A program made the position numbers and the translations under genes. A model generated the notes under the pieces. The model did no database searches. It saw nothing but the letters and a program-made list of their open reading frames with translations, and was not told the origin of the DNA. A DNA stretch of 63,603 nt. Source: Catajapyx aquilonaris (taxonomy: Eukaryota). The stretch spans positions 1-63,603 of the forward strand of contig JYFJ02002067.1 of NCBI GenBank assembly GCA_000934665.2, written 5' to 3'. This document shows, piece after piece, positions 50,154 through 63,412 of this stretch (position 1 is the first letter of the stretch; each line of letters begins with the position of its first letter).

Positions 50154-53100
50154 ATGAGCAAACACGGTGAGTACTGAGCCTGCTGCCTCGCACTGACACA
50201 ACAGACTCTCATGGAAATACGTAATTTGTAAATTATGCTAGGTAAGCTCCAGAGGCACGACTCCGAATTCCGAGGTCCAATACAGAACAGAGGCTGTACA
50301 GACGTCCTTTGCCTCGTCCTCTTTGCAGCGTGCATCGGAGGGTGGTGCGTGGTGGCTGGCTTCGGTTAGGAACTATGCACCTTGCTTGAGTTGTAAACAG
50401 ATTTCTTACATCTCCGGATATTATTTTCTAGCATTTGCAAATGGCGATCCACGGAAGTTTTACTATCCCACTGAATGTACTGGCCGAAGATGTGGGTACG
50501 ACGAAGGGGTCAAAGAAAAGCCGTACCTTTTCTTCTTTGATCCTCGCAAATGCATACATTCCAGCACACTCAAGACAGGGTGTCCAACAACTCAGGTGAG
50601 GCATTGTCAATCTTCATACTCCGCATAATGTCATTTCTGCTGTGAACGCTCTAAGTCGGCTATGAATTTGGGGTGTAGATTTGCGTCTCAAAATGCCCAA
50701 ATGAAAGTGTTGCCTTATTGAAATCCACGTCCGAGTATCTGGGAAACGAGACCTATTGGCACGATTACTGCAAAGAAAGCACTGATTTCCGTATAGATGT
50801 TAATAAGTTAGTAGAAAAAGGAGATTGCCCAGAATACATCATCGAATGCCGCCATCAGTGTGAGTTGCAGCCTCTCATAATAATTTTTATCACCCAACTT
50901 ATTCATGAAATGTAATGGAAGCACCTTTAGTTTTCCATCGATGTATCCCTACTGGTGTGCGCAACATGGCCGTCAAGTCCATAAATGTCGTGAAGCCACC
51001 TGAAATGGAAAATGTCACATTGGGACCGATTAATCGCAACGTTATGCCCCGTGAGGATATCGTCAAACAAGCGGCTGCTGCGATGAAAAAGCTAACCAAA
51101 ATGCAAGAGGTAGGCTACGTAGGGAAAAGGAAATTGTCATCTAATATAATATGGAATGCACCGGTAAGCGGTTTAAATCTTTGTGTTAATGTATAGGTAG
51201 TGAGAGAATTTGTTGAAGATTTGAAACAATCGTGGCATTTGATTCTGTGTGGATTGGGTGCCGGAATGGTGGTTTGTCTGATCTGGATCGTGCTGATGCG
51301 GTACCTGGCTGGGATCATGACATGGTTTGCCCTTTTCGGTGCTATTGCAATCCTGGCCGCGGGTGAGTGTGAAGTTAACTCTAAACTTTTGGAGGCTGAT
51401 GGCGAAGGCAAGTGTACATGACACATGCAATTTGATTTAAATTTTACAGGATGTTGGTTTAGCGGAAATGAATACGTGAATGCGAAAAGGGCTGAGAAAA
51501 AGGGGGAAGAGGTGAAAAGTCTCATTCCAATTGGGAAAACTGCCTGGCTGGTAATCCTGATTATCCTGTCGAGCACATTGGGCATTCTGCTGCTGCTCAT
51601 AATCTTAATGTGGGGGAGAATTCGCCTCGCCATAACTTTGATGAAGGAAGGAAGCAAGTGAGTGGTGTTACCAGGAGCTGGTTCTGGCAACGAGAATCAT
51701 GTTTGTGGGATGTTGGGCACATATTCTTTATTCTGGACTGTAATCCTGTAATTTTTTCAGGGCAGTTGTGGGCACTCTTTTCACGCCGTTACTTTTCCCC
51801 GTTATACCGTTTATCATGCAGTTGGCTATGATCGCCTTTACCTTGACCGTGGCTGTATTTCTGGCTACCTCAGGAGAGTTTCGCTACCAAACTTCCTGGG
51901 ATCGGACCTGCAAGTCTTGCCCCAAATATATGGTGAGTTCACTGCCATCAGCATGAGAGGCTCAGGAGGTTCTGTCTGGTGGCTCATGTAATTAAATTGC
52001 TATTATTCATTGCTTGCCAGCTGAACGATACCTGCATTCCGGAAGATTTTTATACTGATTGCCATGATGTCGCGGACCAGGAGGATCCCTCCTGCAAATA
52101 CGAATGCCGATTTAGTTCAGTCGAGGTGCCAGAGAGGTACAATGTAATGCAGTACTACAGTGGGTTCATGGGTCTCTGGGCACTGTTCTTCATCTCTAGC
52201 TTGGAGGAAATGGTGTTGGCTGGGACTTTCGCCTCTTGGTATTGGATATTGAGGAAGAGAGATCTTCCCTGTTGTCCATTGCTGGGTAGCATGTTCAGGG
52301 CATTCAGGTCAGATGTGTGCTTTTTTGTCCAAAGACATTGAAATATAGAGCCACTATGGACTGACAGAATATTAACAGAATTAATACATCTTGACAGGTA
52401 TCATACAGGAACCTTGGCTTTTGGCTCCCTGATTTTGGCCGTGATACGATCGTTCCGCATAATCTTAGAGTATATAAACCAAAAGCTGAGAGGTTTCGAA
52501 AATTCAGCAACAAACATCGTCGTAAGCGGCGTGAAGTGCTGCACGTCGTGTTTGGAGGGCATACTGCAGTTCTTGAACACCAACGCCATCATCATGTGCG
52601 CCATACACGGAAAAAACTTCTGCAGATCATCCAAGGATGCTTTTTCACTGCTCATGAAAAATTCTTTGCGAGCTTTTTCACTACGTATTGTACGTATATA
52701 TAGACTAACTTTAATAATGCCTCCAGCAGGTTCATTTTTATCAAATACGGCGTAAATGCAAAGCCTTTTGTCTCATTCCTTTGTAGGTGACAACCCTTGG
52801 ATTGACACTCTCCAAACTGGTGGTAGTGACGGTCACTGTTATCCTTTCCTGGGCCGTGCTTAAAGGGAAGTTCGGTGATTACTTGCAACCTCCTTCGCTG
52901 ACCAACGAATGGATTCCAATTGCAGTAATTGCTTTCGGGACATATTGCATCGCATGCTTATTTTTCAGCGTCTATGCCACAGCAGTGGACACCCTTTTTC
53001 TTTGCGTCTGTGAGTAATACGATAATGTTTAACAAGGCTGCTATTATAACTGATCGATGACTTCCTTTCTCAGTGGAAGACCTGGAGAGAAATGACGGGT

Positions 53101-53156
53101 CCAAAGAAAAGCCTTACTTTATGTCCAAGCAGGTGTGGAAAGTAGTAACAAATTAA
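50154..53156 (+). CDS. Choline transporter-like protein (SLC44/CTL), tandem copy B, 12 coding exons
   Basis: MSKHG|KLQRHDSEFRGPIQNRGCTDVLC...YHTGTLAFGSLI...VDTLFLCV|EDLERNDGSKEKPYFMSK; same exon layout as copy A; TAA at 53154-53156. Confidence 0.9.
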
Positions 53157-54374
53157 AAGCAATGAAATAATAATTACGTGCATATCTGTAAAAGTGGCAG
53201 ATTTCCTCCTGTATAGGAGTTGATTGACAAAAATGATAATAATTGATGCTTAACATCAAGTTAACATACGTTATCCTTCAGGAGTTGTAATAATAACAAT
53301 GTTAATATATTAGGCCTATACCGGCCTATACTAACTACACAGCCCGTTTCTTCGCTCCCAGAATTGTCCGCTAGACGCCCCTGAACAGCTTCAATGTTGC
53401 AACAAAGTCCCGAGTTTATTTCCACTTGGCCATTTGGCGAGTATAATAAGGCCGAGTAATAATAAGCTCGAATTGCGTATGCATGAATGCAAGTGGTCTT
53501 CAAGGCCAGTGCACCACGCCATTCTCAGGCCAGCTTTTGTCATGAAAACAACGCCCGTAGAAGGAGAGGTGGAAGTCGATTCACTTCCAATGCTAATCAC
53601 TTGCACTGTAATCCAAAGGCCTTATGAATATTTTATTGATGCGATTCAAACACACCGCTTCTGCATCAGGGCGAAATGATTATATTAGTTATAGCTAAAT
53701 GTTTGTTTCAACAATCATTCACAGAGCCACCGGCTATGATTTTATAGTCAGTGCTATCGTTAATAGTTATGTAAGTTTGGAAGCAACTGACTATTAATAT
53801 TTCAGATCAAATTGTAGCGTCAACTTGCTTCCTAATGCGGGATAATATAGCTGATATATTATGTAGCCATTCGCCCCGCGCTTCCTAGCACAGTTTAAAG
53901 TCCCTGCTCTAATAAGACCTGCCTCCTGGCGGCCACGAGGCCAAATCACTGCATTGGCACGTCGAAAAAAAAATTCCCCGCACGGCCTGCCACTTGCTCA
54001 GACGAGACTAGAAAGTGCCAAAACCACAGGGCGTGACAGAACAGCTGTGTCTGGAATCCCCAGCTCAAGGGTAATGAGTTCAGTGGTCTGGCAACTTGGA
54101 AGAGGGTAATACGTGGTAATACACATGTAACACCACAAAATTGTGGGTTTTTTTGGTGGGGGGGAGTGGTGGTGCATGACAGACTGGTACACTGCATGGT
54201 TTAGCAGAGGAGAGACAACACAAAAAAAAGTTGACAGATAAAAATACATACAGGAAGTTTGACGCACTGTTTATCAGCTGACTGGGGAATGAAGGACCTG
54301 ATAACGGCATTCAGATAAGGTGAGACCAGTGAGCGTCATCGCCTCACCAGCAGGTACCCTGCAGACATAACAGG

Positions 54375-57300
54375 ATGGCAAGGGCCGTCAACGACGACGA
54401 GGATAAGTATGGTGAGGGTTCAGCCGCAGGGAAAATGGTGACATTTGTGCTAATATTAATTACCATTTTTCGTTGCAGGGGAGCCCATCAAATATGACCC
54501 GGAATTCAAGGGACCAATCAAGAACAGAAGTTGCACCGATATCCTCTGTCTGCTCCTGTTCATAGCGTTTCTCATTGGATGGGTTGTTGTCGCTGGATTT
54601 GGTATGGCTTTACAAATGCCTTTCAAACGCCTTCAAACTCTCACAGACACTGTCAGCAAATCAGAGCCTGACAGTGCAAAGAAATTACAGTTGAATACGG
54701 ATATAACAGATTTCAAGGGACCGTGGAAATCAGTCTGTTATAGCCGAATACATAGGCCATATATGAAAGCGTCCTGGGACCTGGGACAAGCCTTTCGAGT
54801 CTGTTATAGCCAAGGCTGTTATATCTGGATTCAACATACTGTACCTATAATACAGCGAAACCTTGATTTATCATTTTTGTCTGGAGCCTCTTAGGCCCGT
54901 ATCTTCTACGTCTCGCGCAAACCTGCGGGAGGCACTAGCAGAGGGGAGTTAACAGGGTCCTGCCAGTGAGAGTAAAAATCATCGGATTTTAGAGTAACAA
55001 AATTAACTACTCCCGTGGTTCTTTCCCCGTCAGGGTTTAACACCATTGGAAAGTTTCTCTAGAAGATTATGGCCCCTCCCACAGGTTTTTGCGAGACTTT
55101 GAAGATAAGGGCCTTAAAAGCAACGGATCTGGTAAAATGATACTTATGGGAAGGATAGAACTAGGTTTCACTGTAGTGTAAGAATCTATGCTCAAGTCTG
55201 CAAGTAATGTGTAACATTTTAGAAACTAAATGCTTCATTTGGCACCATTTAGCCCTTTTTGAGCTGCGGCCTGACTGAACACTTACAGTGCGGACATTAT
55301 ACATGCTGATCTGGAAGACAAAAGTAGCTGCCCTAAATATTTCTCAAGTAACATGGTTGCTGTACATGGCATTTTAGGATGCTGTAACATTAGCATAATG
55401 TTGTAATTTTCTAAGGGCAAAAAGGGCTAAAAAGAAGTCTATCAAAGCAAGGCCACTGTTAGCATTTTTACCCAGCTAGTAAAATATGCAAAAAAAAAAA
55501 AAAATGAATTATGACCTTGCCTTCCCAGTTGCAGGCTACCTGGGAGAACAGCTTCCACCTTCCCCCCAAACCTCTATAGCAAAGTGTAGGAGTTAATCCC
55601 CAGCCACACACTTGGAGCCCAATTTGCCCAATTTCAATAGTTTCAAGTTCATAAATAATAAGCTGGCATCTAATTTTACTGACCCCCACCCACCCATCCA
55701 CCCAATGAGAAAAAAAAGCAGTGACCATTAAGTGTCACTTTTTTTTTGGGGGTAATGCAACATTCATTTCAGCATTTGTGCATGGCGACCCCCAGCGCCT
55801 TCTCCACCCAACTGATTCTAGAGGCCAGCGGTGTGGATATGATGATGCAGTTAAAAACAAGCCATTCCTCTTCTTCTTTGACATTACTAGATGTTTGACT
55901 GCTGTGATTGACAAGGGATGCCGGACTCCACAGGCAAGACAATGTCATGTTTTGAATCCCACATGCAAACTTAATTCTTCACACATTTTCCCCCCCATGG
56001 AGACAGGTGTGTGTAGACATGTGTCCTCAAGAAAATGCAAAATTTGACCTAACGGCCAAATCAGGTGACTTCATTAAATATTGCAAAGAGGGGACAAAAT
56101 GGGATCATGTTGAAAGTGGAGACTGCCCACCATATCTTCTAGCAAGTTCTGCCAGTAAGCTATTTTATTTTGTGCCTAATTATATTGCTCTTAATTTATG
56201 ACATGGGAATTATGCCTAGTGGTAATTAATAGTGGTAAATGTTTCATCAGGTAGGAAACCTTCCAATTTAGTAAGAAAATTATGTCAATGGTGACATTAT
56301 TTCAGGACTATTTAAAAGCATTTGAATTTTAGTGGACACAGGCTACCGAGAAATTGTTGCTTTGAATTCTTTCATCATTAGCTGATTGTGGTTTTGTTGC
56401 TTCCGTGCAAGTTGTAGATGGACATAGGTAGAGGAATCTATATCCCAACTGTAACAGTGACTGAAACACTAAGCATCAGTCTAGAAATACAGTTTCTGAC
56501 ATTTTCCCCTAGCATGGGGTAGTTGCTTTCAGACCTCAACCTTTTCTGAATTAAAGTAATGATTTATTATATAGGGTTATCAAAAATGAATGCTCGGATT
56601 TTGAAACCCTATAAGTCACAAACTGGTAGACATATCTAAATGGTTTAAGATTTAAGTTTCGAAATGCTAAGAAATGTCTGAAGTGTTGTTCTTACCTTAA
56701 CAGTAAGTTTCAATATGAGCTCCATTTGTCGCTTGGCAGATATAAAGACAGTATTTGGTCTCGTGCCAAACCTGCTGAATCAGTCTGGCATTACCATTGC
56801 AATGGGTGTGGCCATCCTATCCTGTAGGTGCTGGAGAGCCCGGATCTTAGCATCATACAGTGTTCTTGACATATCCCCTAAAAAAATAGTCCGGCAAGGT
56901 GAGGCCCAGGCATTGGGTAACTCGAGACATTATTGATCTGGCTTGGCACAAAACCAAAAACCATCGTAGTATCTGCGAAAGTAATGGTCAATAACAAGTT
57001 GCCAACCACTACAGACAATTTAATTGAAAGACTATTTGTTCATACTTATTGAAAACTTCGATTACCAATGGTATAAGGGCTTCATTTAAAAAAAAAATTA
57101 CTGTTAGACCTATGTTTAGTGAAATCATTCCATTCGTCTAGCAATTTTTGTAATTGACAAGATTATGCTCTATTGGACAGTACTGAACCAGGCAAAAAAT
57201 TAGCTGTATTTACGCGTCTACAAATTGTTGCTCCAAGCTTTGAACTTTTCACACACTAACTTTGTGAGAGCCGTCAATAACTTTCCATCCTCGAAGGCAA

Positions 57301-60300
57301 TTTTTCTTGCCCAAGCATCACTCACACCCATTGTTTTCCTTGTTCTCAGTTTGGTGAATTTGTGAAACAGCCTCAATTCAGTATTAATTTCGCTATACAT
57401 AGAGTTTTTTTTATTGATTGATTGATTGGAAGGAAACGAACGGCATTTTCATATCGGAAGTATTGTCTGTTTTCACACCAGACTGGTTTCACCTTAACCA
57501 ACAATGTTCTATTTAACTGCTACTATCACACAATTTTTCTGCAGTAGAAAAGTTTTTGCTAGATTGTGTAGATCTATTCGTACGTGTTTCACTGTATATA
57601 GGCCCAAGGACAGTTTTTCCAATGAAAGCATTTTTAAGCTCTTATCTACAGTAGAGTTTCTCATTGTGGGAAATGTGAGCATTTATACAGTCACATAAAA
57701 TTTTTTCTTTCCTTGCCAAAGCTGAGAGTAAGTTCACCATACGTGCATTTGGTGGCTTACCACCTGTTAAGAACCCATGTAAGTAAAGAATAGTGTGATG
57801 AACGCTAAAGATGGTGTGTCTTTGTTTTGCATGAGGTTGGTCAAATGTTGTGATGTATCCATTTATTTAATTAATTTTTTAAACTTAATTTCTCTCCATT
57901 CATTAGCACATTACTGTGGAAGGTTAAATTTCAACAGGAACTGAAATCAAAACTGACACAAAACATTTTCAGTCCAGGTACTCGGAGAATCAAGTTTTGC
58001 ATTTCCAAGAAATAAGTACAGTACTGTCAAAACTTATGTAACATAATTATATGTGGTTAGCTTTACAGTATTTTTCAACCTACATTGATTCTGCACTAAC
58101 AAGAGATATTATTGGCACTGTGGATCAGGCAGGGGATTTAACACGAGTTTTATGCATGAAACAATTGGAATTCGAAAAAAAGGGAGTTAAGTAGACTACA
58201 ATGAAGTTTCTGGCAATAGAGAATGTGATATACTGATATTGGCTACTTACATTGCAATTTTGAAGTTATAATTTTTGGTTTTAGTCTGTATTTAGTGCTC
58301 TGCCCAAAGAAATTTTCACAAGATTAGGGAAAACAAACCATGTAATCTTATTAATTTGTTATCAAGCTTGATATGTTTGTTAATTATTTGAAGTACCGTA
58401 AGGTAGTGTAGGACCAACATTCACTGAAAGTTGCATGCTGTTTATTGGCCAATGCATTATGCATGCTTACCATTGCTTCTGGGTGTTGTTATACACGGTG
58501 ATCCAAAGTATTTGTCTGATAGCTATGGAAAGTTTCATCACAAAACTGCTGTGATGCCAATTGTTCCATTGGAATATTCCTAATTGGAAATACTTTGCAG
58601 TTCAGGTCTTTAAAGAATGATTCAGTTTGCCATGATATTATCAGCTAATGATTTTGATAACCACTATTAAAAGTAATTATGCAAAAGTAACTGCTAAAAT
58701 AAGCTGCTTATGCCAAACTAGCCGTAGTAATTGGACAAGTATTTAGTACCACCATGTATGTGGTATATTTGGGGGACACCTACAGAGTTCCCTCCATTTA
58801 TTAACAGTATAGTCATTTAATCCCTATGCATAACCCATTTTTAAGCATGTCATTTTTCTCAAGATTGCACCTAGCACAAGTGGTATATGTCCCTTACATC
58901 TGACACTTTTGAAAATGAGAGTACTGTCTTATGATTAAGCTCCAGCAGAATTTGATGCATTCAAGGGCTCAGTGTGGTCCGTATGGATTGATGCACTTCA
59001 CCTCTGAGGGTTGTGTTAGTCTCACGAGATCTTTCCTCTGAAATCAAGTGCAGGAAATTTAATTTGAGTATTGCATCTGCAAACAGAACTTCCCCCATTG
59101 AAAACAGAGTTCAGTGGGATTTGAGGGTACGGCAAGCCTCACAGACATTAGAGAAGTCATAGGCACCATTGAGCCTTCTGATTGGCTGCCCTGCGGTAAG
59201 CAATGTATGATAATTATAGCTTGATAAGCATCATTGAAGCTCTCAAACCTAGCCCTTGAATCATCATCAAAGCGCTGCCATAATGTATCGATGTTGATTA
59301 TCCTCCAACATGTCAATCCCTTGCCAGTGCTGGACCAAAATAACTGCTATATACTGAACCTTGTAACTTTGAAATTCCTACAAAAATTATTACACATGCA
59401 GATTAATCAGATGCAGATAATTTCCAGATACAGGGTGGTGCACTGCCCAAGTTCAAGAGGGGGGAAAGTGACGAAGTCATGTGGATTATTTACCTCAGAA
59501 ACCTGTTGGAAGAGACGCAACTGTAATGACAAACAAAATAATGTGGTCCTGACTGTTGCTTTGTGTGCATTTCTTTTCATTAAACTGCTTGTTGCTGAGG
59601 TAAACAACCCATAACTTCCCGGCTATCTTCCTCTGGGATTGAGGACTTTGGCCATGACCCGCCCTTTATTTGGAGTAGTGTTATTACTGATTGTGAGCTC
59701 TTGTGTTTTGTATTGTCAACTTGATCATTGGTTGCAGAGGTTTGTAAAACTACTAGTAATTCAATTACTCCAAGGTTGTGATAGTATGATGGGACTATCA
59801 TAGATTTGAAGTATAGGCGTAATTTTGTGTACTGAACTACTAAGATAAAGTTTCTTGCACTGACATCACGTTGAAACGTTACAGTTGCTGGCCGCTGCAT
59901 ACCTTTGGGTACAAATGTCAATAGTGATGGTGAAATCCTAATTGACGGTAACCCAATAAAATTTGACAGCACTACAAATTTGACAGCAAATTCCTTAAGG
60001 AAGGCAAAGAAAATTCTGGCAACAATAATAAATGCACAAGAGGTAAGAGACTGCTCTACTGGTATGAACAATGCATTTATTGAGGATTGGATACCCATTG
60101 CAAAACCTTAACTTACAGACTCTGAATTACCTGTTCCAAGACTTTCAAGCTTCATGGCATATAATCCTTATTGGACTTGTCATAGCCATGTTGCTGTGCC
60201 TAATATGGATCTACCTCATGCGCTTTGTGGCTGGCTTTATAACATGGACCTCTCTGTGTGGTTGCATTGTTCTCCTTGTTGTAGGTGAGTGCATGCTACT

Positions 60301-60577
60301 TTCATGAATGTTTTTATTGAATGCATTAATGTATGGTATTTTATCCATCAGGGTGCTGGTACAGCTACACCCAGTACAAAAACATGAATGATATGGACCC
60401 TGACACTACAGAGGACAGGGATTTCTCCTCAGTTCTGGACAGCTTTCTTGCATTAAAAGGCACCTGGTTGGCATTTCTGATCATACAAGCTATTCTTCTG
60501 GTCATCCTGCTTCTTCTGGTCATTATCCTCAGGAAGAAGATAATGATAGCTGTTTCTCTGATTCAGGAAGGTAGCAA
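54375..60577 (+). CDS. Choline transporter-like protein (SLC44/CTL2-like), tandem copy C, first 7 coding exons; continues beyond the window
   Basis: Exons 54375-54411, 54479-54601, 55773-55933, 56007-56154, 59885-60042, 60118-60284, 60352-60577. Canonical motifs YGEPIKYDPEFKGPIKNRSCTDILC and GDPQRLLHPTDSRGQRCG. Confidence 0.9.
54686..54843. mobile_element. Short TA-flanked MITE (pogo/Tigger-like)
   Basis: TACAGTTGAATACGGATATAACAG ... CTGTTATATCTGGATTCAACATACTGTA, with internal TCTGTTATAGCC repeats. Confidence 0.65.
54891..55116. mobile_element. PIF/Harbinger (Tourist-like) MITE
   Basis: 3-bp TTA duplication at 54891-54893 and 55114-55116; ~39-bp imperfect TIRs GGCCCGTATCTTCTACGTCTCGCGCAAACCTGCGGGAGG / CCTCCCACAGGTTTTTGCGAGACTTTGAAGATAAGGGCC. 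Confidence 0.78.
56569..56835 (-). mobile_element. 3' fragment of a Tc1/mariner-superfamily (Tc3-like) element
   Basis: Terminus TATAGGGTTATCAAAAATGAATG. Minus-strand frameshifted peptides QHLQDRMATPIAMV and IQQVWHETKYCLYICQATNGAHIE resemble the transposase C-terminus. Confidence 0.6.
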
Positions 60578-60608
60578 GTGAGTATCACTGGTGCTTGTAG
60601 GTATGTGC

Positions 60609-62180
60609 AGTAGTGGCCATAATTATATCAACTTTTTGTTTTTTGGGGCATAACCTTTTCCAGAGTGATCCTATTCAGCTGAAAGTTGAACATGTTGTGC
60701 CTAATGGCATTTAAAGAGAATATGCAAGTTTTGAAGAATTTCCGAGTTTCAGGGAAAATATAAATAATGTTTTTGTTTGTTTTTCCATACATGTCAAAAT
60801 TCAACAAGAAGCAGCCATAACAATCGGACATCTCAACTGAATGCTACAAAACTTGACAGTCTAATCACTCACATCTGGTACTTGGTCTGATGTAATGCTT
60901 TGCGTGTATGTCAGCTTGGCATCTGTGAGGCATTGAGGCAACCAACTAGTCCAACACTGACTGAGGGATCTTCTTCCATTCTATCTCCAGTTGCTTGAAC
61001 TTACAAGTGGTACTGGATGCTTTCTTGTTCTTCAGATGACGAAACAGATCTTTCCGGAGGTTCTTGATTGGTTCCGTATTGATTGGTCCAGAGATTGGCT
61101 TGGCCAGTCCATTATGGCCACACTCTTCTGGTGCAGCCAAGTGCGGACGAGCCGGGAGGAGTGCTTTGGGTAGTTGTCATGCTGGTACAGAATAGAATGG
61201 CCAAATACACACCTTGCTTATGGCCACATGACATCTTGGAGGATATCCCTGCACACCTTAGTCATGATACTGACAATCTGGTGCAAGAGACTGACTCCAA
61301 AGGAGCTGAAGCAGCCGCAGACCATCATGGATGGTGCCATGCTGGTCGGTTGGCACCTGGCACTTGGTATCGAAACGAGCACCTCGGGGATGACAAATGT
61401 AGGCTATTCCATCAGTTTCAAACATCAGATCCTTCGATTCTTCTGACCAGAGGACATTGCTCCACTGTCTCTGTTGAGATGGAGCTGCTTCAGCTCTCTT
61501 GCTTCAGGTCCCTTGCACTTGATTTTCGGTATCGTGACCCAGGAGGTGTGCAGGGATATCCTCCAAGATGTCATGTGGCCATATGCAAGGTGTGTTTGGC
61601 CATTCTCTCCTGTAAGAGCATGACAACGACCAAAATCACTTCTGTGCTTGTCCGTACATAGCCGGACCAGAAGAGGGTGGCCATAATGGACTGGCAAAGC
61701 CAATATCCAGACCTAAATCCAATCAAGAACCTCCGGGAGGATCTGTTTTGTCATCTGATGAACAAGAGAGCATCCAGTATCAGCGATAAGTTCAAGCAAC
61801 TGGAGGTAGAGTGGAAGAAAATCCCGCAATCATTGTTGGACTAGTTGGTTGCCTCGATGCCTCACAGATGTCAAGCTGACATACACGCAAAGCATTACAT
61901 CAGACCAAGTACCAGATGTGAGTGATTAGACTGTCAAGTTTTGTAGCATTCAGTTGAGATGTCCGATTGTTATGGCTGCTTCTTGTTGAATTTTGACATG
62001 TATGGAAAAACAAACAAAAACATTGTTTATTTTTTCCCTGTAACTCAGAAATTCTTCAAAACTTGCATATTCCCTTTAAATGACATTAGGCATAACATGT
62101 TCCAATTTCAGCTCAATTGGATCACTCTGGAATAAGTTACACCCACAAAACAAAAAGGTAATATAATTGTGGCCACTGTA
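60609..62180. mobile_element. ~1.57-kb Tc1-derived fold-back element made of two inverted copies of the element 3' end
   Basis: Ends AGTGGCCATAATTATAT / ATATAATTGTGGCCACTG-TA with long near-identical mirrored arms. Both arms carry the decayed Tc1 C-terminus (...PDLNPIKNLREDLF...KFKQLEVEWKKIPQSLLD*LVASMPHRCQADIHAK). Confidence 0.88.
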
Positions 62181-62220
62181 TGTACAAGTACGTGCAGTAT
62201 GTGCAAGATTATGTTTGATA

Positions 62221-62971
62221 TACAGGGTGTTCCAGAGTTGACGACTCACTCTTTGAAACGCAATTACTTTCGAACGGAACAACATATTTATTTAAAGTTC
62301 GTACCAAAACATCAAGGGAGGTTGCGAAAATCTTCCATGTAGGTGGCAGTACTAAGCAATGCTCAGGTCTTGCAACAAAAATGGCCGAAGCAAGACTGTC
62401 GTTAGAGAAACGTGTCCAGTGTGTTCGACTGTATTCAGTGAAAAAAAATGTTACAGAAGTGTGCCGTCAAATGGCAAACCTTTTCGGTGGACCGGCTCCT
62501 ACCCGAAAAACTGTTGCGAGGATAAACCAACGGTTTGATGAAACTGGAAGTGTCTTGCATCAAAAGAAACCCGGCAAAGGGAGAACAGTTGTGAATGCAG
62601 AAAACAAACAGCGCATCCGAGATGCACTGGAAAGTTCTCCAGCAAAAGCAAAATCAGTCTGACGCTGTGGGGTTATCTGAAGGAAAAGGTTTACCACCAT
62701 CGAATCGGCTCCCTGGAGCACCTGCGTGACATAATCACACAGGAGTTCAACGCGATCACTGTTGACTTCTGTCGGAAGGTGTGCGACAACGTTGCCTTGC
62801 GATTGCAGGCCTGCATCGACGTGGAAGGGGGGTGGTTGACCATACCATGGAGAACAGGTCTTAAGTTAGTATTTCCTTGATGTTTTGGTACGTACATTGA
62901 ATAAATATGTTATTCCGTTCGAAAGTAATTGCGTTTCAAAGAGTGAGTCGTCAACACTGGAACACCCTGTA
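62221..62971 (+). mobile_element. Internally deleted Tc3-like (DUF4817-type HTH) transposon
   Basis: ~70-bp near-perfect TIRs TA-CAGGGTGTTCCAG(A/T)GTTGACGACTCACTCTTTGAAACGCAATTACTTTCGAACGGAA. ORF 62381-62662 (MAEARLSLEKRVQCVRLY...INQRFDETGSVLHQKKPGKGRTV) jumps to C-terminal LWGYLKEKVYHHRIGSLEHLRDIITQEF; the catalytic core is missing. Confidence 0.88.
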
Positions 62972-63005
62972 CAGGGTGAAGGAATTCTCACGCATAATCA
63001 TGTAA

Positions 63006-63282
63006 TAATAATAATGATAATGGATACCCCGTGATAGGCCCCTTGGGCCTCTTAGGGGATCATCTTTTGAATACCCGACTTTAATCATTTGCCTGAAATG
63101 TGATGGATTTTGATAGTGGGAGGAAACGGGAGAACCCCGAGAAAACCCACGCGAACACGGAGAGAACCCATCAAAACTCTGTCCACATAAGTATCCTCCG
63201 TCCGACCCGGGGATCGAACTCGGGACCTTAGAGGTGGAAGGCTGCGGTGATAACCACTCGGCCACTGTGTCGCCCTCACGGT
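63006..63282 (-). mobile_element. tRNA-derived SINE with a V-domain-like central segment
   Basis: Minus strand: A box TGGCCGAGTGG, B box AGTTCGATCCC, central GTTCTCTCCGTGTTCGCGTGGGTTTTCTCGGGGTTCTCCCGTTTCCTCCCAC, (TTA)n tail. 11-bp TSD TAATCATGTAA at 62995-63005 and 63283-63293. Confidence 0.85.
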
Positions 63283-63301
63283 TAATCATGTAAACTGATA
63301 G

Positions 63302-63412
63302 TACTGTATTTACGCGCAGATAAGACGCACCTTTTTTCCGATTTTTGTAGCTCAAAAAGTAGGGTGCGTCTTATACACGTGTGCGTCTTATACACGTGTG
63401 CGTCTTATACGG
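63302..63412. repeat. Probable DNA-transposon terminus with three tandem 17-bp units (GTGCGTCTTATACACGT, third partial)
   Basis: TACTGTATTTACGCGCAGATAAGACGCAC followed by the tandem units, which are inverted relative to ATAAGACGCAC. The other end is not seen in the window. Confidence 0.55.

Noticed and set aside
63363..63412. Short direct repeats as a possible CRISPR-like array
   Set aside because: Head-to-tail units with no spacers in a eukaryotic intron; subterminal transposon repeats.
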